Shown here piece after piece: positions 1 through 14,435 of a stretch of DNA of 64,000 bases. The number at the start of each line of letters is the position of its first letter. Within the stretch, counting starts at the first letter, position 1. Made by a program: the position numbers and the translations under genes. The DNA is from Raja brachyura (taxonomy: Eukaryota). The stretch lies in the NCBI GenBank assembly GCA_963514005.1, contig OY740821.1, positions 13,268,001 through 13,332,000 of the forward strand, read 5' to 3'. The notes beneath the pieces were generated by a model. The model did no database searches. It saw only the letters and a list, made by a program, of their open reading frames with translations, and was not told the DNA's origin.

Positions 1-649
1 TATCTTCAGTTTAAACCAGCATCTGCAGTCCCTTCCTACACAAAAGGATTTTAGAGACAGAGAGATGGCAAGAATGATTATACATTTTGAAACGGAGTTT
101 CAAAGCCAAGGCCTAAGAACATAAATACCTTTCACCAATGAACAGCACATTCAGTTTTGGAGCCCAAATGACCCAAAGAAGACTCAAACCTTCTCAAAAC
201 CTTGCATGTCTTGAAAACCTTCCAATAATTTCAGAAACTACAACTGAAACAAATCTTAGAAGGACAAACCTCACAATCCTCCCTTCAAATAAGATAGATT
301 GCAAGAACGTTTATCAACCACAACAACGCTGGGAGATAATAGTGCTGCAATTGTAATAAGGCAACACAAAATGCTGTCATGTTTTTTTAATATAATTAAG
401 AATTCTTTCAAAGCTGACCAGTTAGACCGGCAAGTAAACCTGTATCTCTTAAATAATCATACATTATTAGCCAAGTATGTTTTGCAACAAACGAGGAATT
501 TGATTTGCCATCGAGTCATACCAATGAAAAGCAACAGAACACACAAAATACAATTTAACATGAACATCCACCACAGTGACTCCTCCGCATTCTTCAGTGT
601 GATGGAAGGTGAAAACAAGTTAAATCTCTCTTTTCTTTGTCCTCCAGCA

Positions 650-1012
650 GGTGGGGGCCACTAACCTTCCATTGACGGGACGATCTTACTCCCGTAGCCT
701 GCGGCAGGCCGAGCGTCTATCTCAGGCAAGGGATCGGCTCCGATTGCAAGTCCATGCCCCGCGGTGGGGCTCAAAGCCAGTCCCGAGCAAGGCCTCTAGC
801 TCCACGATGTTAGGCCGCAGAGCAACCGGAGATATGATCCAAAAATCTCTGGCAAGGTAAGAGATTGAAAAAAGTTTGCCCAAACCTCACCCCCCCCCCA
901 CATAAAACAAACCAGTGAACATTAACATATACTTTTTAAACGCACTAAAAATAACAAAAAGACGAAAAGGACAGACAGACTGCAGGCGAGGCTGCCATAG
1001 AAGCGCCACCCT
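650..1012. repeat. GC/CpG-rich interspersed repeat fragment, family not assigned
   Basis: Abrupt CpG-rich insert with simple A-rich tracts in AT-rich intron-like DNA. No splice or promoter architecture is evident. Confidence 0.4.
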
Positions 1013-2305
1013 AAATCAATCTATTGCCACATAGAAGGTGAAGGGAGGCACCTTGAAGATTGATAGTGGATTTAAAAAAGAAAAACAAGTTAAGAATAGT
1101 CTAAACGCTTCTGACAGGTTTTGGAACCAAAAAACAACTCATGAAATTCTGTATTTATACTCCTCGAATAAATTATTTAAGTTCCTATTCCTTTCCACCA
1201 GTGATTTAGTGGCGTAATAGACATTGCTGAGAAAGAATGTAAAGCTTACGGTTTTCACCAGGTTCGAGCAGATTATACTTGTCCTCATGCCCCAGAGTAG
1301 GGTGAGAAATCATATCAACTTCTCACAACCCCAAATGATGTGCAGTGACACTGTAGAATCTGTGTACACATGGACATTAAATGAGGCAGCTTTGAGATGT
1401 TTACCGTCCAGGATTATCCAACTAATGGCTACTTTGCAAGATACTGCAAGGTTGCTGCTCTGATCACCTGTGAAACTTTACACCAGCTTCAGAAGAGACA
1501 AAAACAACTTTCTGTAGACCCACAGAATGTCAACACATCAGGAAAGAAAAGGGGCAAGTTAAAAGCCAGTTTCAAACTGGTCTACGAGCTTTGAAGCTCA
1601 GTGCCTGTAAATAGTCAGGCAGCATTCCTGCTGTTACATTCAGTTTCTGCCTATTGCCGGCAGGTTTGTAGACCTAGATTTACCTTTAACTCCAAGTTTG
1701 CCGCCAGTCTACCATAATCAGATTTAACGGGATAAAATAGAGATCAGCTCATAGATGTTCGGCTTCTGATATTGACTTAGAAGGCCAAAATTGAAGGCAA
1801 TAAATTAATATTTAACTTTTAATAGATAGATCTCCACTGACACTGTCAAATTCATCTGGCCTCTGTTATAGATGAAAAACATTAAGCACTGAAAGCATTG
1901 TAAGAATAAACAATCTTCAAAGAAATGCCAGAATATCAGCAGTGCCAGAAGGATGGTCAAATTTCAACTCCCACAAGCAAACTGTCCAAATCCAGCCTTC
2001 AGGCTTGAATTACATTCATTTCTTCTGCTGTGCCGGAAGTTGGAGTAAATATGAAGTAAAACAAGTTTAATAAAAAAAAACAACTCTGCACGCTCAAGAC
2101 CAGAGTTTTCATACTTGACGCTCTTTTGGATTCAGTGGAATTAGATCGATAATGTTTATCAGCCAGCTGGGAAGGTGGGGTTATTGAAGTAGTAACGAGG
2201 AGTACAATTTCTGCTGGGAACTTCAGGCTATAAGAAAAAATGATTCCTGGAAATCTGTCATATTCTGGAAATCCTACAGAAGACAAGGAAACTCCTTAAC
2301 TCCTT

Positions 2306-2980
2306 CATAGAAACATAGAAAAATAGGTGCAGGAGTAGGCCATTCGGCCCTTCGAGCCTGCACCGCCATTCAATGTGATCATGGCTGATCATCCAACTCA
2401 GTATCCCGTACCTGCCTTCTCTCCATACCCCCTGATCCCTTTAGCCACAAGTGCCACATCTAACGCCCTCTTAAATATAGCCAATGAACTGGCCTCAACA
2501 ACTTTCTGTGGCAGAGAATTCCAGAGACTCACCACTCTCTGTGTAAAGAATGTTTTCCTCATCTCGGTCCTAAAGGAATTCCCCCTTATCCTTAGACTGT
2601 GACCCCTTGTTCTGGACTCCCCCAACATCGGGAACAATCTTCCAGCATCTAGCTTGTTCAACCCCTTAAGAATTTTGTACGTTTCTATAAGATCCCCCCT
2701 CAATCTTCTAAATTCCAGCGAGTACAAGCCGAGTCTATCCAGTCTTTCCTCATATGAAAGTCCTGACATCCCAGGAATCAGTCTGGTGAATCTTCTCTGT
2801 ACCCCCTCTATGGCAAGAATGTCTTTCCTCAGATTTGGAGACCAAAACTGTACGTAATACTCCAGGTGTGACCTCACCAAAACCCTGTACAACTGCAGTA
2901 GAACCTCCCTCCTCCTATACTCAAATCCTTTCGCTATGAATGCTAACATACCATTTGCTTTCTTCACTGCCTGCTGCACC
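2306..2980 (-). mobile_element. CR1-clade LINE, 5'-truncated 3' fragment, little decayed
   Basis: Open 193-aa C-terminal ORF2 segment with HLEYYVQFWSP, VQRRFTRLIPG, RRLRGDLIETYK and FFTQRVVSLWNSLP. Short (TTCTATGT)n-type tail at 2306-2320. Confidence 0.9.
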
Positions 2981-5663
2981 TATTTTCTATGAAACCATTC
3001 GGCTTAACCATGCACATACTGGCTCTGACAGAATTCAAAATTAATTCCACCAAGCTCCTCAGAGCCTGCAATTATTTACAAGTATATATCCAACTGCCTT
3101 TTTGAAGGTTACTATTGAATCTTCTGCTATCTTTTAATGACAGTGCATTCTTATCTTTTCTCTGTCTCCCATTGGCAACAATCTTAAATCTACACACTTG
3201 CGTTATCAACCTTCCTGACAAAGCAGTTTACTCTAATAAAAACTCTTCATAGTTTAAGATATTGTAAATATCCCCTGAACATTCTATAATGCAAGACAAA
3301 ACTTCAAGTTTCTGTACACAACTGAATTGCTTCATTTGCTTCACCATATCTCTTTTCAGAGGCTTCAACATCCTTGTTCAAGTACGGTGCCCAGAACAGC
3401 ACACAGCACTCCATTTAGGGCATAACCAAAGATTTAGAAGGTTTAGTTTAACCTCCTCGCTTTTGCACTCTTACATCTCAAAGTATGTTATTGCCCAGGA
3501 ACAATTGAACGTCATAATTTAAAACTGCTACCTTCAATTTTTTGTATATCTGAACTCACAGGCCTCTGACCAGCAGCCTTCAATAGAAATTGTAGAAGTT
3601 AGTCAAATACAACATTTGTGCACAAAATAGTGGAAAACTCCTCAACTAAATTTGAACAAAGAGTTTTGTCAATAGAGGCTAAAACCTTGTTTTTATTTCA
3701 AGTACATTTTCAGCAAAGTACAGTGGATTATTAAAGCCAATAAAAAATGCTGAGTTTTCAAGACTTCTGGGTCCAAGGATTATTATCGTATTTAAAATCC
3801 TTTTGATGTCTTGTAACACAGAGAAACACGATAGCCAACTAATGCAAAGCAATTTAACAGTCACACAGCAATTAGATAAATGACTCGAACCGTTGTAGTA
3901 CATTGGCTAAGGAATAAAATGTGGCCATGACAAAGAACCAGTCTGCTCTGTAAAATAGAGCCACAAGATTGTTTTTCACACGGTTGAAGTTCTTGGTTCC
4001 AATCTCTCAACCACCAGGCATATTTTAAATATATTTTATAAACTTAATCCACACTTTAGACTCAACCTCAGAAATATAAAAACATCTTTGCATGAATGGA
4101 ATTTTTATTATTGAAACTGAGCTTACACAATTTCACTTGGTCAAATTCTAGAATTGAGCAGTTCTTCAATTTATTGCCCAACTCTACCTTGCCGTTTGTG
4201 CAATTTTATTCGTAAGAAACCACCCTGAAGGGCATCATTTTCTAGTTATGCCAATTTATATCTAACGCTTGAATTGTTTTGGATTGTAAAGAAGAATACT
4301 GTATATTACCAGCACTGCCAAAATGGGAAAGGCAAATGTGTAAGCAGCTTATTTAAAATGTAATTGGCCTATTCAAAAATCTATTCTCCTCCTGAATACC
4401 ATCTAAACCAAGTATTGTGCATTTCTATTTCAAATAGAATTGTTTCCTGGTCTCTTCACCGACCACTTCTTTGCGTAGCTCGTTTCTAGGCAAAGTTTCA
4501 TTGATTATATTAATGCCATGCTATAGGAGTGGAAGTTAAAAATGGATTTCATTACCAAAGGGCTGAAGGGTTAAAAACAGAGCTCACCGGGAAGCAAGAA
4601 TCATTTCTCAGAAAATGAACAGAATAAGCTGGCCTGCTGCCATAGGGAGGCGTGCACATTTAAAACCAAATAATGTAAATACCAATGATTCTATTAATAA
4701 TCCTCCACAAAGTTTCAGGTTTGTTGCTCACACACCACATGGAAAAAAAGGAGATTTTCTTCATTAAAGGAAATAAATTAACTCAAAAGGTATATAAACA
4801 AGTTAGCCAGTTACAATTGCAATACTGCCCAATTACCCATTAAGACTTTTCTATCAAGCAGCACTAAATTCCCTTTGTCACCTTCAAAACCTGTGACTTA
4901 TCAGTTATAGAACCTTTGAGGAAAACACTATTCTCTTCAAATTTCTAATCAAGATTTAAGTTCTCACTTGGAGAGAGGTGGCAGGGACTAGCAAACATTT
5001 ATCTACCTCTGGCACAACAGAAAGCAGATAAACAAGTGGCGCATTCAAAAATAAATACTTGGATTGGAATTGCAAAAATGTTTTGTTTTTTTAAGCAGCA
5101 CATTTACTCAGATCAACCAAACTTGACACCCTATTGTAGGATGTATATATAAAAAATAATCAATATTTATATCATGAAAATATTGCAAGGATTTTCCAGG
5201 CGCCCTTCCCCATTTATTTTGGTGAATTAATTCAGCTTTTGAAGCTTGCGACAATAAATGAGAAATTTAGCCAAGTAATTAGACAGTTTGTTGTTTTACA
5301 CTTGTACTTGCTACTGTATTACTGCTTGCGAGCTTCACGTGAACAAGGAATTTCATTGCACCTCGGCATATAGGGCAATAAAGTAATCTGAAGCGGTAAC
5401 AGGTACACAAAGCCACTGGCCATTAATTGTCATTAAGGTTTTGGCTGTGTGGCATCGGCTATATCTTCCGACAATAACGTCCAAATTTCAGAATGAATGA
5501 GAGCAGAATTACAATTTAGACTTTTGAAACATCATTATTAAAGTGATGCATTTGGTTATGTATCTGAACCTGTGTGATGATATACAAAAGAAAAATGCTA
5601 TTTAAGAACTTAATCACATTCTGTGAAACACTGAAAGATATTGACAGTGTATTAGATCAATTA

Positions 5664-5922
5664 AAAGGCATGTCCCACTGCGGGGACCTAATTGGCGACT
5701 TTAGAAGAGTTTGCCCTCGACTCATTCTCGCAGCATGGTCGACACGAGGTCCTAGGAGGTCTTTGTAACTCCTTCATGCCTGAGAGTAGTCCCCGCGTAC
5801 TCGAGGCATCAGTTAGGTCGCGGCGTTTTTTTCAGCAAGCTGAAAAATGCCTCCGAGTAAAAAAAGGTCGTAATTGAAAAAAAATCGATATTTTTTACTC
5901 ATAGATTTAGTCGAGGTAGGTC
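5664..5922 (+). mobile_element. Probable non-autonomous DNA transposon fragment (PIF/Harbinger-like end)
   Basis: CpG-rich insert starting ttaaaaggcatgtcccact, similar to GGGCCTGTCCCACT-type terminal repeats. The second terminal repeat was not found. Confidence 0.4.
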
Positions 5923-6361
5923 ATTACAATTTCCTTGGATCTCACGGGCTATGACAAGTCAGCTAAGACATAATGGAATTGGAACAGAAAATGTAAACAT
6001 AAATTATGTAACTCCACATTCCAGATGTCTTTTGAACACTAAATTCTGAAAAGGATAATAATGCATGGGAGAATACAGGGAGCATAACAAATCTCGGAGG
6101 GTCGAAATTACGTGCACTGAATTGCAAAAATGAACTCTCATTCAAAAAATAGGTTTTGCACAACTCAAGTCTGATGTTTAAAATTGCAAGAGAGCTTACA
6201 TAATAACGATATCAGACCATAAACCACAAAGAATAAAAAGGTTTAAAATTAAATTATGAGCAAAATTAGAGAACAAGGACCTATTTCCATGGCATATCTA
6301 GAGAAATGAAAAGTAAAATTGGCATAAAGTTTAGAAGGGAGTCAAGAAAACCTTCCTCCTT

Positions 6362-7366
6362 TCAAAGTCAAACAAACAAACTTTATTGTCATTTAGAAAT
6401 ACATCGATACATGCAATTCCAAACGAAATTCCGTTGCATTTGGCTCCCCGTGCAACACGATAATAAACAGAAGGATAAACTGGATAAAAGGATAAAAAGG
6501 ATAAAAGGATAAAATAGACAATGGTGGCAGCCCATCACATGGCATTCAGGAGTCCGATGGCTCGTGGGAAGAAGCTGTTGCAGAACCTTGATGTTCTGCT
6601 CCTTATGCTACGATATCTTTTGCCCGAGGGCAGCGGAGTGAACAGTCCGTGATGGAGATGTGTGGGGTCTTTTATAATACTGCTGGCCTTAGACACGCAA
6701 TGTTTGGTCGCAATATCCCCGATTGAGGGGAGAGAAGTCCCAATGATTTTTTCAGCTGTCCTCACCACTCTCTGCACGGACTTCCAGTCGGAGGCTTTAC
6801 AGTCCCCAAACCAGACACAGATACAGCTGGTCAAAATACTCTCTATGGTGCCCATGTAGAAAGTGGTGAGGACGGGATGGGGGAGGTGAGCTCTTCTCAT
6901 CCGGCGCAGAAAGTGCAACTGCTGGTGCGCTCTCTTAACTGTTGATAAGATGTTATTTGACCAGGTCAGACTGTTAGTGATCTGCACCCCCAGGAACTTT
7001 GTGCTACTGACCACCTCCACATCGCTGTCATTGATGTGAAGTGGTGTGGGACTGTGCTAGTTTTTCCTGAAGTCGACGATGACCTCCTTTGTTTTTTCGA
7101 CATTCAGGATCAGGTTGTTCGTATTGCACCAGTCCACCAGTTGTTTCACCTCCTCCCTGTAAGCCAGCTCATTGTCGTCCCGGATGAGGCCCACCACTGT
7201 TGTGTCATCTGCGTACTTCATGATGTGGTTTGTACTAAACCTGGCACAACAGTCGTGGGTCATCAGGGTAAACAGCAGTGGACTCAGGACACAGCCCTGA
7301 GGGGAGCCGGTGCTCAGAGAGATGATGTGAGAGGTGTTGTTTCCAACCCTCACTGACTGGGGTCTA
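6362..7366 (-). mobile_element. Rex1/Babar-type LINE, 5'-truncated reverse transcriptase fragment
   Basis: RT motifs GSPQGCVLSPLLF, KYADDTTVVGLI, LNVEKTKEVIVDFRK and KFLGVQIT. The ORFs 7057-7515 and 6535-7020 are one reading frame broken by a single TAG at 7057-7059. AATAAA and a simple-repeat tail lie near 6365-6385. Confidence 0.88.
6472..6514. repeat. (GGATAAAAA)n-type tandem repeat in the Rex1 3' UTR
   Basis: About five imperfect 9-10-nt units, read directly. Confidence 0.8.
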
Positions 7367-8134
7367 CCTCCTTCTACCCAAAGGAGCAGTGGAAGTCTGG
7401 ACTTTGCAGCTTGAAAAGATAGCTGTGGCAGAAACCGTACATTACAAATGTACCTGCCATAACCACAAGGACATAGACTGGGCGCTAGATTGTGGGAATC
7501 ATCCAAATAGTTCAATTTTTGGTTGGCAAATCTGGACTCTTGTCTGAAGAAATAGCCTCGTAAAACCTACTCCTTCAAACTTTCTCAGAATTGCCAAGAG
7601 ATCATTTATTTGACCTCTAAACCAGTATGGGCGATTTTTTTAATCCATTCTCTCTCCAATAAGGCAACCCCTTCATTCAGGAATCATTTTTGTGGATCTA
7701 TCATGACAAAATGGCACATAGTACTCCAGGTGCATGCCTGGTGCAATCGCAAACACATCCTTAATCTTGCAATTCAATCCTTGCAATGAAAACAACATTC
7801 TATTTGCTGTTTGAATTGCCTGCTGCACCTTCAAAGTTACCTTTGTGTACCAGGAAACCAAGATCCCTCTGTATATCAACATCAACAAAATATTTGACAC
7901 TTAAAAAATGTTCCCTTTTCTAATCTTCTCAGCAAATGAATAATCTCACTATTCTTTTTGCACTGGCCCCTCAAGGTATACAGGTGGATCGCCAGTATAT
8001 TTTCAAATATCAAAATAAAAGGTATTCTTGAGACTGCAACATGAAACATTACGTCCGATGACAATCCACCGCCCGTTAATCACCTGATATGTCCCTGCAT
8101 GCCTGGCTTTCGTGGCACATTCATCTGCATTGTT

Positions 8135-8329
8135 CAGGATGGAACTGCAGATGCTGGTTTAAACCGAAGACAGACACAAAAATCTGGAGTAACTTAGCAG
8201 GACAGGCGGCATCTCTGTAGAGAAGGAGAGACTGACTCTGCCTGAGGAATGGTCTCAACTCGAAACATCACCGATTCTTTCACTCCAGAGATGCTGCCTG
8301 TAAGTTACTCCAGCTTTTTGTGTCTATCG
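8135..8329. mobile_element. Penelope-derived inverted-repeat element
   Basis: Same family sequence with inverted arms. TSD tctgcattgtt at 8124-8134 and 8330-8340. Decayed core CTGAGGA...GAAACATC at 8242-8269. Confidence 0.8.
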
Positions 8330-11300
8330 TCTGCATTGTTTGATGGAATTGGATTGAAATGGTTGACACACAGTGAAAATGTTTTTGGCGCACTGCATTT
8401 CCACAATACACAATCATGAGGCATCCATTTATTTTTTAATATACGCCCAGTTAACAATAATCAAGGCACTTCTCTTTCCCTCCAAAGCAAAGCACCACAA
8501 TTTTCTTATTTTACGGCATGTAAAATTAATAATTCCCTTTTAAAAGATCACAGGAAATTCATTGCGTTTGATTACAATTTCTATCCAGAGATTTGATCAC
8601 TTTGCAAAAACTAATACCTTAAGGGATGCCCATAATTGTTCCAGTCCACTCGAGAAAACCACAATTGAAATTATTTCACATTCACCAAATGATGGCACTC
8701 TAAATAACTTTCATTATGCTGTTTTTAATGAAGCATTTTTCCAAAATGATAACTGATCTAACCAAGCTAGTCTGTACTTTTGACGTGAATCCTTCCCATG
8801 ATCATTCAAATTCAAATTTGAAGACAGATCGATTCATTCATTTGGTCTTACTTGGAATAGAGAAAAAAATTCCAATTTAAAATAACTATTTTATGACGCT
8901 GTCCATCAATAATGGCAGGTCCACATGGGCATCAAAAAAAATGGTTCACACAAATCGAGCAAGCGGAATTTATGCAAAATCAACAATAGACCCGAAGTCG
9001 GCACAAGTACCTCAAAGCCAAATTATTGCAAGGCTTTGAGTGTGGAAGTGCATAATTCAGGAAGGAAGGGTACATCACTTCACAAGTCACACTCACACAG
9101 CATGGAAACGGGCCCTTTTGTCCAACACGTCCATGTGGACCAAGCTACTCCATCTGAGCTAATCCCATTTGCTCATGTTGACCCCATGTTCCTCGAAACC
9201 TTTCCTATCCGTACAACCTGTCCAAATGCAAAAGGATTTCTCAGAATATGCACATTTTCATACAAAGCAAGTGCAGGAAAAAAAACCACACAGCATTAAA
9301 CCATAAGACAATTTAATCCATCGGAACTTAAGTTTTCATTCAATTGGCAGACAACAACGTCTCATGTCTCAAAAGCCAGTTCTCTTTTTGCACATTTTCT
9401 GATCTTGTTTAACCACATGGTTGGGGGAAGAGACCCAGGGGCCCAGCCGTTTGTATAGCTGCCGCACAGCTCCAGCAACCCTCGTTTGATCAAGGATGCT
9501 GTTTGTGTGGAGGTTACACACTCAGCCAATGACTGCATGGGTTTCTACCCACCTCTCTCCCTGCTCCAGTTTCCTTCCACATCCTGAAGAAGTGGTTTGT
9601 TAGGTTAAGCGGCTGTGTAATACTGTGAATCACCCCAGGTGAAGCCAGAAGGCAGGAGAATCCGGGTGGGGTGGAGAGGAGTGGGTGAGAGTAAAGTTGA
9701 TAGCCATGTGCGAGAGAATAGGTTTCCGGGAAATACGTGTTTGGGGGGGGGGGGGGGGGGGGGAGGGGAGGAAAGAGAAGAAATGGGACTGTTCGGAAAG
9801 CTGACACTGGAGGAGATTATTTGGCCCATCAAGACCATGTTATAAGGAAATATAAATATGACAGCATTAAATATATACATACAAACCATCATCAGAACTT
9901 TTCAATTTCCTTCTTAACAAAATAATTCAAGTAAATGATTCAACTTGCAAAATACAGCAATTAGATTCCTAGGTCAAAAGTGTAATTACACAGGACAGGA
10001 GATGTGAAGGGGGGGGGAGATGACGAAAATTTCTGAAACTATTTAAAATTGTGAACACTACATTTTTTACTGGAGATTAAAGCATTCCTCTGAAAACAGA
10101 GAGTATTCCAGCAGCTTCCAGACAAATCCTGAAAAACATATGAAAGAACCCTTTCATGTACTTCAAAAAGTTAACTGCTGTCGCAGCTCAATTTACCCAT
10201 CATTCACAAGCTGTTTTATAGACTAGCATTTTGCAAACTTAAAATACAGTTGAGAGCTTACTTTATTATTTTCTGAACATACATCATTGGCCATCCCATC
10301 ACTGCACCCTTCAAGCATGGGAAGGCATTCTGCATCAAAATTAGAAATACATTTACTTTGATGACTCCTCTTTAGAATCAATAAATATTCAAGACTCAAA
10401 ATGCTGGAGTAATTCTGGAGAAATTCGGGTCAAAACCCTTCTTCAGACTGAGAAGGTCTGCCATTCCTTCCTACATAGTAGATATTCATGTGCTTTTTGA
10501 TTCCCCTGGGTAATCCAGTACCTACACACCAGCCTTTAAACCCAAGTTTTGCTTATCTTTGTTTCATGCAAGCATTGCGGCTAAGGTTGGAGATGTGCTT
10601 GGTAGGAAGCAACGCTCACCCTTTCAGATGACCAGTGATAAGTCACTCTGAAACTATGAACAGAATAGGCTATTTTGTACTAATAGCCCATGTCCTCTGG
10701 GATGCCAATCAGTTCCCCTTGGCTTTTATTTGAGATCACAATTGGGATACGAAGCTCTACAATAATGACGATAGATGCAAAACAATAGCTTGGGCGAGTG
10801 GTACAGCCTCTCTGAAGAACCAGGGTGATGCTCACCTCACCAAGCTTCAATTTGATTATTTTCAAATGATTTTATTTACAGTAGAATGCAATGGGCCAAC
10901 CCTTACAATGCACTGGGCAAAACTGTACATGCTACTGCATTAGCTTTGGGTTCATTGAGTAACAGTGTTACTTCTGGAATCTGAATGTTGTGGCCTTAAG
11001 ACAATCAAGAGATTTGAGCACATAAATCAAAGTTACACAGCAATCCAGTGCAAGACGTGGGAAACTAAGGTGCCAAGTTGTGCCGGATATCCTGTCTGCA
11101 GAGAGGTGTTTCAGTTTAGTTTTTTTGTCACATGTACCAAGGTGTAATTTTGTAGCGTGCTAACCACTCTAAGGGGGTTACAAATTACTCTGTAGCACTA
11201 GACAGGAGATGCATTCGCCCAGTGTCAAGTTTAATATTTGACCCTTAATTGACATCCCTAAAACACATTATTTGGTCATGATCACATTGCTGTGAGGTTC

Positions 11301-12009
11301 TGCACAAGCTATATGCCCATGTCTTACAATGATTGGACTTCAAAAAGATCTCAATAGCCTGACAACCCCGAAAGTCATCAAAAGTGAGTTAAATCTAACT
11401 CTCTCTTTTCAAGAGAGGGTTAAATTTAGCTCGAAGGGCTAAAGGATTTTAGATGATCAGCCATGATCATTTTGAATGGCGGTGCTGGCTCGAATGGCCT
11501 ACTCCTGTACCTATTTTTCTACGATCCACCCTTGAGCCACAGACAGGGCAGAAATCCCAAATTTTCTTACTTGGACTTTGCCTCAATTAGTGACACGCTT
11601 GTAGACAATGACAACACTCACCTCTTATCAATTGATCCCCAATGCACATCAGTCAGGGGAAATGAGCTTTGATATGGTAGTGCACAGAACCATTCTTTGT
11701 CTAACTAGAGAATTTCAGCACAGAAATGGAGAGGACAACAGAGAAAGGCTGGAAAGTAAGATGCACTTGTCAATTTCCTCCATACATAGTTCAAGAACAC
11801 AAGTTTTATCAAATTAACCAGATTTTCACATTGAACACTAAGAAAAGCCTTGTGGAGGGAGGGGACTTGGTTCAGGTTGTATTTTATGCCGAGGATACAA
11901 TTTTGAGAGTAAAAAGTCAGTATCTACAGAAGCAGACATTATCAGGAACATGTCCAGATCTGTTCAGATCCTCAAGGCACCTTCGTGGCTGATACAAGCT
12001 GGCAAAAAG

Positions 12010-12112
12010 CCCTGACATCAGTGACGAAGGATCTCGACCCGAAACGTCACCCATTCCTTCTCTCCAGAGATGCTCCCTGACCCGCTGAGTTACTCCAGCA
12101 TTTTGTGTCTAC
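12010..12112 (+). mobile_element. Penelope-derived terminal-repeat fragment
   Basis: gtgacgaaggatctcgacccgaaacgtcacccattcc...cattttgtgtctac, flanked on both sides by ctggcaaaa. Confidence 0.75.
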
Positions 12113-14435
12113 CTGGCAAAATAACTGTTTGTTCGTTGTGTAGTTTGGACCTTCGGATAGATAAATTTGTCTTACAGCCATACCAGGATCAGCATCACCT
12201 TCTCCCCAGATTTGATTGCATCTGCGCTTATAAGTCAAGGCTGTTGGATAGCGACGCAGCAAGTCTCTGAAATGCATAGCTGTTGACAGTATGAGGCTAA
12301 AGATTGCAAATGTACTAAGTTACTATACAATGCTAATATAGGGAAACAGGTTGTCCAGTCTCAGGAACTGTACCCAAAGTTTACATGTATTATCTTTTGA
12401 GTTCCATTTCCTCTTATAAAGCTATAACCAAACAATTCCAGATCTCTGATGCCTGCCAAAGAAATGACTTCAAACTCCACGACAACTAGAATACAAGTTC
12501 CTCTTTAATTTAGTTTAAAAGTACAAACCAGCATAGGTTGTCCCCTGAATTCAGCTGTTGATCTGCCAAAATAAAAGACAGTTCAACGTACCTTGAGAGT
12601 CGACTTGACAAATTTGCTCAGCAACATAAATGAACACTTTCTCTCGTCGCTCCAACTGTGTATGCCAAATTGCCAAAAATTATTCCTCATTAAACATATT
12701 ATGAGGTTTAAATGTAGTGTCCTTACATAATGCATTTTATGTTTGCTTTTACAGAGACCTGCATTGTTTCAATCTGGATTCAGTCAAATCAATACATTTA
12801 ATGCCAATTGAGTTCCACTTAACCAAACCATTTCACATTCATTTTAACAAAAGATTTCTTGGTTCAAGCATTCATTTTACATAATTTTTAAGCTCAGCAT
12901 CCAAAAGCCAACTGACAGCCAAGTTCCACCTCAACACCGAAGTGCATTTGGTGTTAAAAGTCCACTTGATATTTCCTCCCCTGGCTCCACCTCCATGAGA
13001 CACACCCTCTTTCAGGGATAGTTTCAGAGGTGCATTTCCTATCACCCGAGTTACAATTCTCCACACAGATAATTAACTGAGTATTGGGCCCCATTTGGCC
13101 CTCAGATGAATGCAAAAGATTTATCTGATCGGCACAGCTTTGTAACTTCTAACCATGACACAACCAGAAGAGATCAGTTAATTATCTTTAGATTTTATTG
13201 GGAGCGACTGTAGCCAATTTAGCAATGTACTCATTTATCTTGGAGTCCTGGATATTGCACTCAGCAAATTACACCAGTAAATCTGTTTCTTATCGCAAAA
13301 ATAGAATAATAAGCTTATGCAAAACTCCATCTAGGATTTTGAAAATGAGACTGAGATTGGTTTAGTTCTCAATTATGTATCATGGCCTGGTCAAATCCAA
13401 ACTATTCAAGGGCAACTTTACTTATGAAAATACACATTCTGTGCAAAAAAACAGATTACTAAGGTGACACAAAGAGATGTTTAGAAGGTAGCTGAACAAG
13501 GATTCGCTTGGGACACTGCCCTGAGACTCTATTGCAGCAACATCCTTGGATTGAAATATCCCTCCCATGATTAATATCAGATTGATCAACTGGCAATTGG
13601 CTGGATTATATTTGTCCTGCTTTTCACAGACAGGACGTACCTGGGCAATTTTCCACATTGATGGGTCTGTGCCAAGCACTGTAGTTGTACTGTTAAAACG
13701 TGGCTGGAGGCACAGTTAGTTCTGAAGCCCAAACCTCCCCCACTACAACTGAGACTTCAGAAAAGCTCAAAGCCTTGGCTGCTTTTCAACCCTCTCTGAT
13801 ATCACATGGAATTAAATGAGTTGGCTCAGGACAGGCTTATATAACAGTGGAGACTTCAGCAGGAGGTAGAGTTGAATCATGCCCTTGGTACTTCTGGCAG
13901 AAGATTGCTGTAAATTCTTCAAGTGTTCTCTTTGGCACACATGCTGGGCTCTGAAGAATGGGGTTGCCTTTTTTGACCGCCTCCTCTTGAGCCATTTAAT
14001 TGTATGCAACTATTTATAACCATACATAGCTTGGCCGGACAGGTTTGATTTGACCCGTTGATTGTGCTGTTATGTTGCTTTCACTGTTTCACCCACATTG
14101 TCCTTTGTGGTAAATTCAGCACATGGGCACGTTTTTAAAAGTGTGCCTGGCGCTCCTCCCGACATACACTTCTACATTACTTAATGAACCAGGGTTGAAC
14201 CCTGTTTATCCGGCACTTTGCATCTTTTTTTTAAAAACCAGCATCTCCAGTTCTTTGTGTCTACAATGGACCCCTGGTTTGATGGTACTGACAGAGTTAG
14301 TGACATGCTGGGCTAGGAGTTGTAGGCGATGTTTGATTCATCACTTTTGCTCGGTACCTCGGGTATCATAAGGTCATGTGTGTTTCTGTGTTGGACGAAT
14401 CTGACAGACAAGGTGGACGGAACTTCTGCACAATT

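Noticed and set aside
650-1012. CpG-island promoter (likewise 5664-5922)
   Set aside because: Short, abrupt-edged inserts with repeat-like ends and no donor site or core promoter motifs. Better explained as young transposon fragments.
9514-9925. Poly-Pro/poly-Gly ORFs (also at 29475-29854)
   Set aside because: These are by-products of G homopolymer runs and decayed SINE sequence.
4588-12655. IKZF4 assignment from MCTPP (cf. human MHTPP) and an LER-starting frame at ~12655
   Set aside because: The matches are only 3-4 residues long, appear in the wrong order on the strand, and no zinc-finger exons are visible.
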